From a virus, in IMG/VR virus record IMGVR_UViG_3300045988_129289: DNA of 64,000 nucleotides; one strand, given 5' to 3'. The translations under genes were made by a program, and so were the position numbers. Positions 36,646-46,741 of the stretch are shown here, piece by piece (position 1 is the first letter of the stretch; the number at the start of each line of letters is the position of its first letter). The notes under the pieces were generated by a model. The model ran no database searches and had not been told where the DNA came from. It saw only the letters and a program-made list of their open reading frames with translations.

Positions 36646-36824
36646 AACTTTAGGTAACAAACATCTCCCGCTGACTCGTTTAAATATCGTAAATTACCTT
36701 AAAATTAACCATTTGGGTTAGAAAGAGAAAGAACGTACGATAAGTGCTGGGACAATGGAATGTTATAATAAAACCAGTGAAAATAACCTAAACTCATTTC
36801 TAGTTGGAGTATAACTAACTAGAT

Positions 36825-36915
36825 TACCTCCTTATATCAGTGGTAGAAGTTTAGCAAGGTCTATATTGCATAGATAGTAGTGAGACTGTCAGTGGTTCGA
36901 ATCCACTAGGAGGTA
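36825..36915 (+). tRNA. tRNA-like element (~91 nt) with ambiguous central region
   Basis: acceptor TACCTCC/GGAGGTA perfect, T arm AGTGG-TTCGAAT-CCACT, but D and anticodon arms cannot be assigned canonically. Confidence 0.3.
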
Positions 36916-36952
36916 CTACCTGTTCCTGTAAACATAAAAAAAAAAGAAGAAA

Positions 36953-38227
36953 ATGACTGATTTTAATATGAGTAAATTGTGGCTCGGTAAAGATGGATAT
37001 TACCGAGATGTAAACGGCAACAAGATTGCCTAGAAAGGGTAGCCCATTTCTGGTGCTGCTTGGAGATATTTAGCAGGAAAATATGGAAGGGAAGTTGCCA
37101 ATAGAACCTCAATGAATACTAGAAATGGAAACATATTCTAGAATGGACGTTGGCGTTTTAATGATGTCAAATCTTCTAAGCAAGGGAAAACTGCTACATG
37201 GGATGAAGCAGCTTCTAGAATTGAGGAGAATGCTAAGGCCGCTGGAGCTAGAAAAACAGCAACTGGCTATACACAGAGAAACCCTTTCAATAATAAAGAT
37301 ACCTATCTAAATCAAGATACAAAGAATAAAGCCATGAAGGCTTATAGAGCACGACAGAAATCATAGACTTCTGCTGAGAATCCTGATGAATTTAGTTGGA
37401 GTGATCTAAATCCTTTCAAGAAAGGTGCTTGGGAAGGCAACTGGGATAGTGCAGCAAAAAACTTCATTGATTCCTTTAAATCAATTCCCGATATTTGGAG
37501 AAAGGGGTATGCTAGAAGAGGCGAAATGTATAACAATGTTCCTCAGAGTGTATTTGAACCAAAACGAAACACAGGTGTTTTGGCACGATTCAATGATACT
37601 CTTGGAGATATTTCTAGAACTGGAAATGCTGTTCTGGGAGGAACTATTGGAACTGCCTTGCAGCTCTTACTACCATAGAAGGTTGAGAGAGAAGCTAGCA
37701 ATCTAGGACAATATCTAGATCTAGGTAAAGATGTTAACTCTGTCAGAAGTTATTTAACTCCAGGAGAAGAAGGAATATTGCCAGATGATCCTAGGAATAA
37801 GGGATTTGCTGATTAGAATTTTGCCTGGACTGGGCTAGACGAATAGTAGAGAAGAAATATTAACGATGATGCCAACTTTGCTATGGCTATCCTTGGAACT
37901 AAAGGTATGAAGGGTGGAGTCTCTAGACTTAAGACTGGAGTCTCTGGAATGGTAAAAGATGGAGTAGGTACTACGCTAAAGAATAATTGGAAACCTATTA
38001 TGTCTCATACACCAGGTGCCGCTAACCTTTATTAGGCTGGAAGTGCACTTAATTCTGTAAGAAGGGCATTAGCCCCTAAGAGACTAGGAGGAGCAGAAGG
38101 AATTGGCAGTAGATCTGCAAATGTAGGAAAAGCTGCATTTCAGGGGCTTATGGCTTCAGATCCTACTATGGCACTATACCCTTATGCACATAGCAGTTAT
38201 ATGGTAAATTTATCTAATAATAATTAA
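36953..38227 (+). CDS. hypothetical virion protein, TAG-recoded
   Basis: ATG 36953, frame open to TAA 38225 with ~12 in-frame TAG. Confidence 0.55.
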
Positions 38228-38229
38228 AT

Positions 38230-39240
38230 ATGAGTATTAAAAAGAAGGCACAATATTTAGGTGAGGGAGTAAATTGGTTAAAAGGTCATGGTTAGATGAT
38301 ACCAGATTACTTCGGAAACCTGATGAGACGAATTGGAGGAGGTGAGAGAGCTGTAGTTAGAGCTAGGCAAGCTTCTCCAGAATTAATTGCATCTAGAAAT
38401 AGTTAGAGAGGGGCTGAAATGAGTCATAATCTTGCAGCTCAAAGATATAAAGAAGCTTAGCAAGCAGAAAGTAAATTATTAGACAATACTAAAAACTGGA
38501 AGTAGCCTAATAGTAAAAGAAACGTAAAGAGAGTAAATGATGCTATGCGAAAAACAGATGAAGCTGAGAGAAATGCAATAACTGCATCATAGAGAAGTAG
38601 AGAAGCCTAGGAAGCTTTCAATAATACTAAGAGACAGGTTACTAATGATGCCCTAAAACAAGTTAGGAATAAGGGTATTAAAAGAACTCTTAAAACCGCT
38701 GGACTTGTAGGTGGTCTTGGTACTGGAGCTTATCTAGTTATTCCGAGAAATTCTAAATCACCTAGTGCTGCAGAGGAGACTCCATAGCAATATATGTATA
38801 GTCCAAATAATGGTTGGCAGGAGTGGAATCAGGAAACTGGTTAGTATGAAAATCAACAGCAAGGATTCGGAATAGATAGGTATGGAAATACTAACTACTA
38901 CGATGGAACAAATTGGCTAACTCCTGATCAGTATCTACAAGGCAGTAATGGTTACATATATAATAAACAAACTGGACAAATTATAGGTACGGCTGATGAC
39001 ACTATGGAAGCGTATAATAATGGCTATGACAATGTGTTTGATTATCGCGCTGCTAAAGCTGGTTACAATAGCCCAGAAGCTGTCAAGCAACTTCAAGAGA
39101 AACTTGGAATAAATGCTGATGGTAAGTGGGGACAGCAAACTTAGGATGCTTTCAATAAGACTGTTTCAAATTGGGCATAGCAATATGATCCTAACAGTTT
39201 ATTCTCTATATACTAGAGAAAGATGCAATTCGGATACTAA
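38230..39240 (+). CDS. hypothetical virion protein with C-terminal PG_binding_1-like peptidoglycan-binding repeat, TAG-recoded
   Basis: ATG 38230 to TAA 39238; ~17 in-frame TAG; GYNSPEAVKQLQEKLGINADGKWGQQTQDAFNK. Confidence 0.55.
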
Positions 39241-39253
39241 TGAAAAAAAAAAA

Positions 39254-40456
39254 ATGACACAAATAAATAAAGCACAGAGAGGAGCAATTCTCTAGTTTGG
39301 TAAGTTAGTAAATAAGGCTAAGTTAGCTTCAAATAGATTAGGGAGGATCTTTACGGGTGAAGCTGCAGCTGAAAAGAAATTAAACAAGCTTGCAAAGTAG
39401 AAAATATTGTAGTAGACAGGTAGTTGGAGACCTACATAGAAGATGAGAGAAATCAACTTAGAAGGGAAGAAGCAGTCCATCAGGGACGCAAAAGCCATGA
39501 GGAGTGCAGCTTCTAAGGCTGAACTCAAATGGATGTAGGAAAACTCTGATAAAGCTACTAAGGTTTACAAGAGTGGCGCTAGAGAATTTGGAGGGGATGC
39601 TAATAGACTCACTTTATAGAAAGTAAGGTAGGATGCAATGAAACCCTTCCTTGCGGATGAGGCTAAAAGAATACGTAGAAATAGGGCTGTAGCAACTGTC
39701 TTGCCTGTAGGTTTAGGCATTCCTGCCTACAACATACTAACTGGGAAAATATATGATAATGTATTTCCCTATGGATATTAGGATAAAAAGGCAAGTGATA
39801 AAGACAAGGGAGAAAGTTGGGTTGCGCGCATAAAAAAGTTTGGACCAGCTGCCTTTGGTATAAAATCAGATGCTAGAAAGCATTTTGACTAGATTGCTGC
39901 AGCAGATTTATCTGATCTAAAATAGAGGAAAGAAGCTGAAAGAATTTACTAGGGAGACTCCATTTTGCAGTACCCAATGGGTGGTGCTTCTTTGGAATAT
40001 GTATAGAATCGATTTAGAAATAGAACCGATTTCAATGACTTATATCTAGGAAGACCGCAAACATATAATACACTGGTTCCAAATACTGAGTATTAGTCAG
40101 TAAACTCTCATGAAAACCCTAAGATAGTTACTTATACTTTTGCAGACCCAATAATTAGGAATATGTTAAGAAGTCAAGGAAGGGATTTCAATCTCAAATA
40201 GAATGATATTGACCCTGATAAAGGCTATGGAGCAAGAGCAGTATCTGACCATAATGGGATTTTCGGAGATTTCGGAATAGTTAAAAATTAGTAGAATGGA
40301 GCTGGTAGATATAAAGAAGATTGGGATTTTCCATTATCTGGATTAACTCATAAGCTGGGATTAACTAGCTAGGTTATAATAGCTGATACTATACCTGGTA
40401 ATTAGCCAAGATAGAGTTATAGATTTGGAGAACATCACAATAGATCATAGATGTAA
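39254..40456 (+). CDS. hypothetical virion protein, TAG-recoded
   Basis: ATG 39254 to TAA 40454; >20 in-frame TAG (checked at 39293, 40448). Confidence 0.55.
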
Positions 40457-40471
40457 AAAAAAAAAATTAAT

Positions 40472-41272
40472 ATGAAGAAGATAATTAGATCAATTGGAAT
40501 GGCATTTATAGTATATTTGTCAATTTCCTTTATAGGGGCTTGCTTTGAGTTGTCTCTATTTATTTTTAGAGAGACCTTCTTAGATGAATTAATCTATTCA
40601 TTTGGAATCTCTATTGGACTACCAGATCTTATAGGGGAATATATTACTCCTAAATCAATTCCATGGGTAGAGGATATTGAAACTTCTATAGTATTTGGTA
40701 TTCCTTTGATAGGATCTCTGATATATCTTATTATGTCTTTGAGAAGAAAAAGTTTATTGATATTGCTATGTCTATTTGCATTACCAATATCAGCAAAGGA
40801 ACCTATTAAAGCGATCCCAAAGGGTGGTAGATATGCTATCCTTGTGGATTTCTCAAAGCCCTCTGGAGAAGATAGATTTAAGATATATGATTGTAAATCC
40901 CATTGTATCATATATTCTAGCGTGGTTCAGCATGGCAATGGGGGAGGAAGTACGAAGGAGAAGCCAGTATTTAGTAATAGGATAGGAAGTAACTGTTCTA
41001 GTCTCGGTTTATATAAAATCACTGGTTTTGGAAGAATGAATAGCTTTCCTATTAACTGCTTTAGACTTAAAGGGCTAAGCAGCACTAATTCTAATGCAGA
41101 AAAGAGAGGCATTGTTATTCATCCCACACTTAGTAGTTCTCTTCCATTTAAAATGCGTTACCTCCCATTGAGTGATGAAAGTCATGGTTGTTTTGGAGTA
41201 AGCTTTGAAACAATGAGGGTAATACGTAAATTGTATGGTAAAGGCGTAATATATTTATATGCTTTCCATTAA
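40472..41272 (+). CDS. L,D-transpeptidase-like (YkuD-type) protein with N-terminal TM helices
   Basis: ORF track 266 aa; GIVIHP...SHGCFGVS resembles YkuD catalytic HG...SHGC motif. Confidence 0.5.
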   Translation: MKKIIRSIGMAFIVYLSISFIGACFELSLFIFRETFLDELIYSFGISIGLPDLIGEYITPKSIPWVEDIETSIVFGIPLIGSLIYLIMSLRRKSLLILLCLFALPISAKEPIKAIPKGGRYAILVDFSKPSGEDRFKIYDCKSHCIIYSSVVQHGNGGGSTKEKPVFSNRIGSNCSSLGLYKITGFGRMNSFPINCFRLKGLSSTNSNAEKRGIVIHPTLSSSLPFKMRYLPLSDESHGCFGVSFETMRVIRKLYGKGVIYLYAFH

Positions 41273-41273
41273 C

Positions 41274-41312
41274 TCTATATGGTATTCGAGGAGGTTCGAT
41301 TCCTCCTTAGAG
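41274..41312 (+). ncRNA. truncated tRNA-like minihelix (CTCTA/TAGAG stem + 7-bp T-arm GAGGAGG-TTCGATT-CCTCCTT)
   Basis: begins 2 nt after stop 41272; could double as terminator/processing site. Confidence 0.35.
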
Positions 41313-41337
41313 TGCAACTAATTTTAATTTTTGACAT

Positions 41338-42213
41338 ATGGTTAACGAATTTTATCAAGGATTACCTAGTAATTATGCAAATTATGAAGACATTGTTCTT
41401 CCTAAGCACGAATCAATGAGAGAAAAAACTCGTAGAGATGGGGTATATGCATATTATGACCATTGGAATAAAGATGCCTATACTTGGATAGATAGATTCC
41501 TTGAGGATTCTATTGGGAAGAAGTTTGACAATGTATATCCTAAAGTATGTGAGAGATTTAGAAAGAAAAAAGACTTTGAGTTTCGTAATAGGTTTAAGTC
41601 AAGAATTGATCCTCGTAATATGACTGACTTATATAGGAGGCATAGTAATGATTACTATCTGGATTCTAATCATATTATTAGAAAGTATGAACCTATCAAG
41701 AATAATAAGCGTAGAAAGTATGTTATGGAACTGGATAGGTCAGAAGATTACTATATTGTAAACAAGGAAAAACTCTTTTTGGAACATCCAGAAATTGTAC
41801 TATATTTAAAAGCTAAATTGGGCAAGGATATAGACTATATAATTGTATTTAGTGAACGGCTCTCGAATGACCTTGGAAAGAAGGTACAGAAGTGTATTAC
41901 TGAGGCAATAGGAAAACTGTGTACAAATCGGTATTTTGATTACGGGTATTCTCCTATTATACGAAATAAAAAGTATAAGAGGCTTAGTACTTCTGACCTC
42001 ATAAAGTGTTATTATGATTCTATCAATAAAACGTATTATGAGGGAACTCCAGAGTATTCAAAACATTATTATGAGGAGAGATCTTCAGAGCGGAAACGAA
42101 TAAGGGAGTATAGAAAGGAGAAAGAACTAGTCCACGCTCAAATGTTGAAAGACTCGTTAATTAGAGCCAATGCAGAAAAGTGGATTAGAAAGAATACTCG
42201 CGAATCAAACTGA
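41338..42213 (+). CDS. basic hypothetical protein
   Basis: ORF track 291 aa, Lys/Arg/Tyr rich. Confidence 0.55.
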   Translation: MVNEFYQGLPSNYANYEDIVLPKHESMREKTRRDGVYAYYDHWNKDAYTWIDRFLEDSIGKKFDNVYPKVCERFRKKKDFEFRNRFKSRIDPRNMTDLYRRHSNDYYLDSNHIIRKYEPIKNNKRRKYVMELDRSEDYYIVNKEKLFLEHPEIVLYLKAKLGKDIDYIIVFSERLSNDLGKKVQKCITEAIGKLCTNRYFDYGYSPIIRNKKYKRLSTSDLIKCYYDSINKTYYEGTPEYSKHYYEERSSERKRIREYRKEKELVHAQMLKDSLIRANAEKWIRKNTRESN

Positions 42214-42436
42214 AAAAGGGTTTATAGTAAGTAGGATACAAACCAGAAACCCTGAGTAGGCTATAAATTGCCAAACAGCCATCCTTGTAATGAGGTAGGA
42301 GCGTTGTTAGGTATCCTTATAAGACAACATACAGCAAAATTATTCTTCACTTCTTAAAAATGAATAAAGACCCCTCTATTTTGGGTTCTTCAATGGAGGT
42401 TAAAGAGAATGTTAGAACCTTGTTGTCTGATTTTAT

Positions 42437-42508
42437 ACACCTATAGGTTAATGGTTAGACTAGCGGTCTCCAAAATCGCAGATGGGAGTTCGATTCTCTC
42501 TGGGTGTG
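42437..42508 (+). tRNA. tRNA-Trp (anticodon CCA)
   Basis: acceptor ACACCTA/TGGGTGT, anticodon stem GCGGT/ATCGC loop CTCCAAA, T arm GGGAG-TTCGATT-CTCTC; anticodon arm nearly identical to suppressor at 4556. Confidence 0.8.
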
Positions 42509-42526
42509 CTAATTAAGTTTAGCAAT

Positions 42527-42832
42527 ATGGAAAATATAAAGGTAAAAGACGAAGAGATTATCGTACCTTGTGATGACTCAGTTAATGAGTTATTTATTTG
42601 CCAATGTAATAACGTAGAACATCAACTTATTTTCTCATACTTTTCTGATGATGAGGATAAAGATGTCTATGTATCAGTACATTTATCTCCAGATTCTTTC
42701 TGGAAACGCATTTGGAACTCTATAAAGTACATATTCGGATATAGGTGCATGTTTGGTCACTTTGATGAATTTATCTTTAAGAAGCAAGATGCAGGCAAGT
42801 TGCAAAGGGTAGTGGATTTTCTCAAGTCTTAA
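42527..42832 (+). CDS. hypothetical protein
   Basis: ORF track 42482-42832 trimmed to ATG 42527 (5' part overlaps tRNA-Trp). Confidence 0.5.
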   Translation: MENIKVKDEEIIVPCDDSVNELFICQCNNVEHQLIFSYFSDDEDKDVYVSVHLSPDSFWKRIWNSIKYIFGYRCMFGHFDEFIFKKQDAGKLQRVVDFLKS

Positions 42833-42841
42833 AATGTTTAG

Positions 42842-42884
42842 GGCTTCTGTGAGAATTTTTCTTGCGGAAGCCTTTTTTTTTTTT
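42842..42884 (+). terminator. rho-independent terminator (GGCTTC/GAAGCC + T12)
   Basis: hairpin 42842-42872, T-run 42873-42884. Confidence 0.6.
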
Positions 42885-42886
42885 CT

Positions 42887-43306
42887 ATGTCTAGTTATAA
42901 GTTAATAACCGACGGTGCATATTCATCTAAACTAGACCAAGGTGGACTTGGCTTAGTATTTTTAAAAGATGATAAGTTAATCCTTAGATATTCAAAGATG
43001 TATAAACATACTACCAATAATCAGATGGAACTAGGAGCAATTATTACTGGGCTAAAGTGTATTACTAAGCCTATTGGTAATCTAACTATTGTATCTGATA
43101 GTATGTATTGCATTGGATGTGCTACTAAGGGTTGGAAAAGAAGTAAAAATGTAAAGTTGTGGGAGGAGTTTGATAGGCAATATACTCGTGTATCCGAACT
43201 ATGTCCAAATATTGTTTTTGAACATGTTAAAGGGCATAATGGTGATAAATGGAATGAATATTGCGACAAGCTTGCAACTACAGCTTCTAAAAGAATGGGA
43301 GATTAA
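42887..43306 (+). CDS. rnhA: ribonuclease H (RNase HI-like)
   Basis: ITDGAYSS...GGLG, TNNQMELGAIITGL, EHVKGHNGDKWNEYCDKLA. Confidence 0.75.
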   Translation: MSSYKLITDGAYSSKLDQGGLGLVFLKDDKLILRYSKMYKHTTNNQMELGAIITGLKCITKPIGNLTIVSDSMYCIGCATKGWKRSKNVKLWEEFDRQYTRVSELCPNIVFEHVKGHNGDKWNEYCDKLATTASKRMGD

Positions 43307-43437
43307 GTATGGGATTTTTAATTGTATTAGGAATATTTATGGCTTTAGCCCTATTTTCAATTCTGACGACAAAGTATTCCTCTATAGAGGTAGACCCTAA
43401 TGAGGAAATTTAGTAATAACATAAATTTAATAGATTA

Positions 43438-44988
43438 ATGGAAATTATTAATGCAACTGATGGCTATAAACTTGGCCATCATCGTATGTACCCAGAGGGT
43501 ACACAAATGGTTTATAGTAACTGGACTCCAAGAAGTTGCCGTTACTTTCCAGAAGCCACAGAAGGTTCTGTAGTATTTGGTATTCAGTACTTTGTAAAGA
43601 AGTATCTAATTGAGGAGTTTGGTAAGTGGTTTGCTCTTCCTAAGGAAGAGGCTATTAAACAGTTTGCTTATCGTGTAGGTAACTTTGTAGACCTTAATCA
43701 GGTTGGAACAAAGCATATTGAGGAACTTTATGATTTAGGATATCTTCCTATTGAAATTAAAGCTCTTCCTGAGGGTTCTATCTGTCCTATAAGGGTACCT
43801 ATGATGACTATTAAGAATACTCTTCCGGACTTCTTCTGGTTGACTAACTATTTGGAGACTCTGATTAGCTGTACTCTATGGCTTCCTTGTACTTCTGCAA
43901 CAAGTGCTCGTCTTTATAAGAAGAGACTTATGGAGCATGCTATAAAGACTAGATTCCCAGAAGATGTAAATCTAGGGTTCTCTTGTCATGATTTTTCAAT
44001 GAGAGGTATGGCTGGACTTGATGCTGCTATCATCTCCGGTATGGCTCACATGACTTCATTCTGTGGCAGTGAGACAATTCCTGCTATTGCGGCAATAGAG
44101 CATTATTACAATGCAGATGTTACTAAAGAACTCGTAGCTGCAACTGTTCCAGCAACTGAGCACTCTGTGATGTGCGCAGGGGGTGAGGATGATGAAATTG
44201 AGACATATCGTCGCCTTATTAATGAACTATATCCAACGGGTATTATTTCAATAGTATCTGATACTTGGGATTTTTGGCAGGTAATTGAGAAGTTCTTACC
44301 TAAGCTTAAAACAGACATTATGAAGCGTAATGGTCGAGTAGTAATTCGTCCTGATAGTGGTGACCCAGTTGATATTATTTGTGGTCTTCGTACAAATCCT
44401 CATTACCACACTGCCATGAAGGAAGGTAAATACTACTGTGATTTTGACCCATTTATGGATGATGATGAAAGTCATTATGTAGAAGTATCTGAAGGTCAGT
44501 ACTATGGAGCATATTATATGCTAGGTAAAATCTTTGGATGGAATACTACAGTAAATGATTATCGTTATCCAAGTACCAAGGTTGGATTGCTCTATGGAGA
44601 TTCTATTACTCTGGAGCGTCAGCGTGATATCTATGCTCGATTGGAGAGTGCTCATATGGCAGCTTGTAATCTTGTTCTTGGTATTGGATCTTACACTTAC
44701 CAATTTAAATCTCGTGATTCTTTGGGATTTGCAATTAAAGCAACTGCTTGTGTAATTAATGGAGAACTTAAAGAAATCTTTAAGCATCCAAAGACTGATG
44801 ATGGAACAAAGAACTCCCTTAAAGGTCTTATAAGAGTTGAGGAGGAAAATGGTAAGTATGTTGCTTATGATCAGCAAGATGCAGCTCATGAAATGGCAGG
44901 CTGTTTGGAGCCAGTCTTTGTAAACGGAAAATTGGTAAGAGATACTAGTCTTTCTGAAATTCGTGAACGTATAAGCTCAACATTATGA
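43438..44988 (+). CDS. nadV: nicotinamide phosphoribosyltransferase (NAMPT/NadV)
   Basis: 516 aa; N-terminal NATDGYKLGHHRMYPEGTQMVYSNWTPRS typical of NAMPT. Confidence 0.75.
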   Translation: MEIINATDGYKLGHHRMYPEGTQMVYSNWTPRSCRYFPEATEGSVVFGIQYFVKKYLIEEFGKWFALPKEEAIKQFAYRVGNFVDLNQVGTKHIEELYDLGYLPIEIKALPEGSICPIRVPMMTIKNTLPDFFWLTNYLETLISCTLWLPCTSATSARLYKKRLMEHAIKTRFPEDVNLGFSCHDFSMRGMAGLDAAIISGMAHMTSFCGSETIPAIAAIEHYYNADVTKELVAATVPATEHSVMCAGGEDDEIETYRRLINELYPTGIISIVSDTWDFWQVIEKFLPKLKTDIMKRNGRVVIRPDSGDPVDIICGLRTNPHYHTAMKEGKYYCDFDPFMDDDESHYVEVSEGQYYGAYYMLGKIFGWNTTVNDYRYPSTKVGLLYGDSITLERQRDIYARLESAHMAACNLVLGIGSYTYQFKSRDSLGFAIKATACVINGELKEIFKHPKTDDGTKNSLKGLIRVEEENGKYVAYDQQDAAHEMAGCLEPVFVNGKLVRDTSLSEIRERISSTL

Positions 44989-45416
44989 AGCACCCATTCA
45001 ATCAGCAATCCTGCTTAGATAGGCTCAAAGGGGAGTATGATAAATACGGTAAGCTGATTGTTGCTTTCGACTTTGACAACACTATATATGACTTCCATAA
45101 TAATGGAGGTGATTATAGTGAAGTCATTGAACTTTTAAAAGAATGCATTAAACTAGAGTTTGATCTCATTCTGTTTACCGTGGATGAGGATCCTGATAAG
45201 GTATCTGAGAAGGTACGATGGCTGGTATCTAATGATTTATGGAACTACAAGAGTTCTCATTTCTTTGTTAATACTAGTCCAATATTTAGCGGATCCAGAA
45301 AACCCTATTATAATATTCTGCTTGATGATAGAGCGGGATTAGAAGAAAGTTATAACATTTTAAAACAAGTTGTAGATTATGCAAATTCTAAATTTAGTAA
45401 ATTTGGAGAAGAGTGA
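44985..45416 (+). CDS. small HAD-family phosphatase (DxDxT)
   Basis: LIVAFDFDNTIYDF motif I; sits between nadV and prs. Confidence 0.55.
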   Translation: MKHPFNQQSCLDRLKGEYDKYGKLIVAFDFDNTIYDFHNNGGDYSEVIELLKECIKLEFDLILFTVDEDPDKVSEKVRWLVSNDLWNYKSSHFFVNTSPIFSGSRKPYYNILLDDRAGLEESYNILKQVVDYANSKFSKFGEE

Positions 45417-46188
45417 CATTAAGTATACTCTATCCAGATTTCCAGATGGGGAAGTACAAATTTCCTTAGGAGACTTTAGTCACAAGGACCAAATCTGTGT
45501 AAAGTGTAGAATTACTAATGCTGAGGAGTTATTCACTGTAACTCAGGTTCTTGACATTCTTGATAGGCATGATGTCTATTATGACGTCGACATATTTTAT
45601 CTTATGGGAATGAGGATGGATAGAGTCATGGACTTTAACCGCCCATTTACTCTTAAGGTAATAACAAAGATGCTTGGTAATTCTAACGTAGAAAATATTG
45701 CTGTTTTAGAACCTCACTCAGATGCAATATACGACTATAGATTTGGAAACAAATTTAGAGCCTTGTATCCTGAGAAACATACACGCCCAGATAATTGGAC
45801 GGTTGATTATCAGTTAGTCTTGCCGGACGCTGGAGCGGTGGAGCGCTACGAATATCTTGATAAAAATCCTATATCCTGCAGCAAAGTTCGTGATACAGCT
45901 ACTGGCAAAATTCTAGAGATTAAGATAGACAATCCTGAAAAACTTGATGGTAGACCATTAATGATAATTGATGATTTGTGCGATGGAGGAGGAACCTTCT
46001 GTGGAATTGTAGAATGCTTCAAAAAGATTGGAATACCTAAAGATAGACTTAACATCTCTGTAGTTCATATGGTTAATCCTAAGGGCATTGAGAATCTATC
46101 TAAGAATTTCAATCATGTATGGTTTACTAATTCTTATAAGGACTGGGAGAATCTTCCAGAAAATGTAACAATGATTAAAGTAGTATAA
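45379..46188 (+). CDS. prs: ribose-phosphate pyrophosphokinase (PRPP synthetase)
   Basis: FPDGEVQISL N-terminal motif, PRPP-binding loop MIIDDLCDGGGTF. Confidence 0.7.
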   Translation: MQILNLVNLEKSDIKYTLSRFPDGEVQISLGDFSHKDQICVKCRITNAEELFTVTQVLDILDRHDVYYDVDIFYLMGMRMDRVMDFNRPFTLKVITKMLGNSNVENIAVLEPHSDAIYDYRFGNKFRALYPEKHTRPDNWTVDYQLVLPDAGAVERYEYLDKNPISCSKVRDTATGKILEIKIDNPEKLDGRPLMIIDDLCDGGGTFCGIVECFKKIGIPKDRLNISVVHMVNPKGIENLSKNFNHVWFTNSYKDWENLPENVTMIKVV

Positions 46189-46471
46189 TATGAAGTACAA
46201 GAAGAAACTTGAAAATCTTAAAGCGGCACAGGCATGGTGGGATAAGCTTCCAGAACGTGATAAAGTGGGTTTAACCCGTCCAGGTGGAATAAACCAGAAA
46301 ACAGCTGCTTCTGCTTAAGATCATGGGAGAGTAGTTATTGTTAGAATGGGAATATATTCTGGAACTACATAATTTAGATACTGATGAATTGAAGATGTCT
46401 ATAGAGCAATATCCAAAGATATTTAACGATTTTTGATATCGGTTCTGAGTTTTATATAAATTATAATTCTA

Positions 46472-46741
46472 ATGATAATTGAGGAGAAGGATTTTCGGTT
46501 AACTCCAGTTTCTGAATCTAGTCCTATGTTCGACTTAGAACTTCTGTATACAGTGCGTCCTAAGGGCAAAGAGGCTAGGCAGGAATTTAAAAATGTAGCT
46601 TATGGAATAAGTCTAGAGTCAGCTCTAAGGAAGGTTATTCAATATAGGGTATCGTGTAAACGCGATACTACTGACTTGGCAACCTATTTGAAGGACTTTA
46701 GAGAGGAATTAGATTCACTTAAAGCACTATGCGGAATTTAA
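46472..46741 (+). CDS. hypothetical protein
   Basis: ORF track 89 aa. Confidence 0.45.
   Translation: MIIEEKDFRLTPVSESSPMFDLELLYTVRPKGKEARQEFKNVAYGISLESALRKVIQYRVSCKRDTTDLATYLKDFREELDSLKALCGI

Noticed and set aside
43170-43400. ORF 43170-43400 and minus ORF 43021-43269
   Set aside because: They overlap the motif-supported RNase H gene out of frame or antisense.
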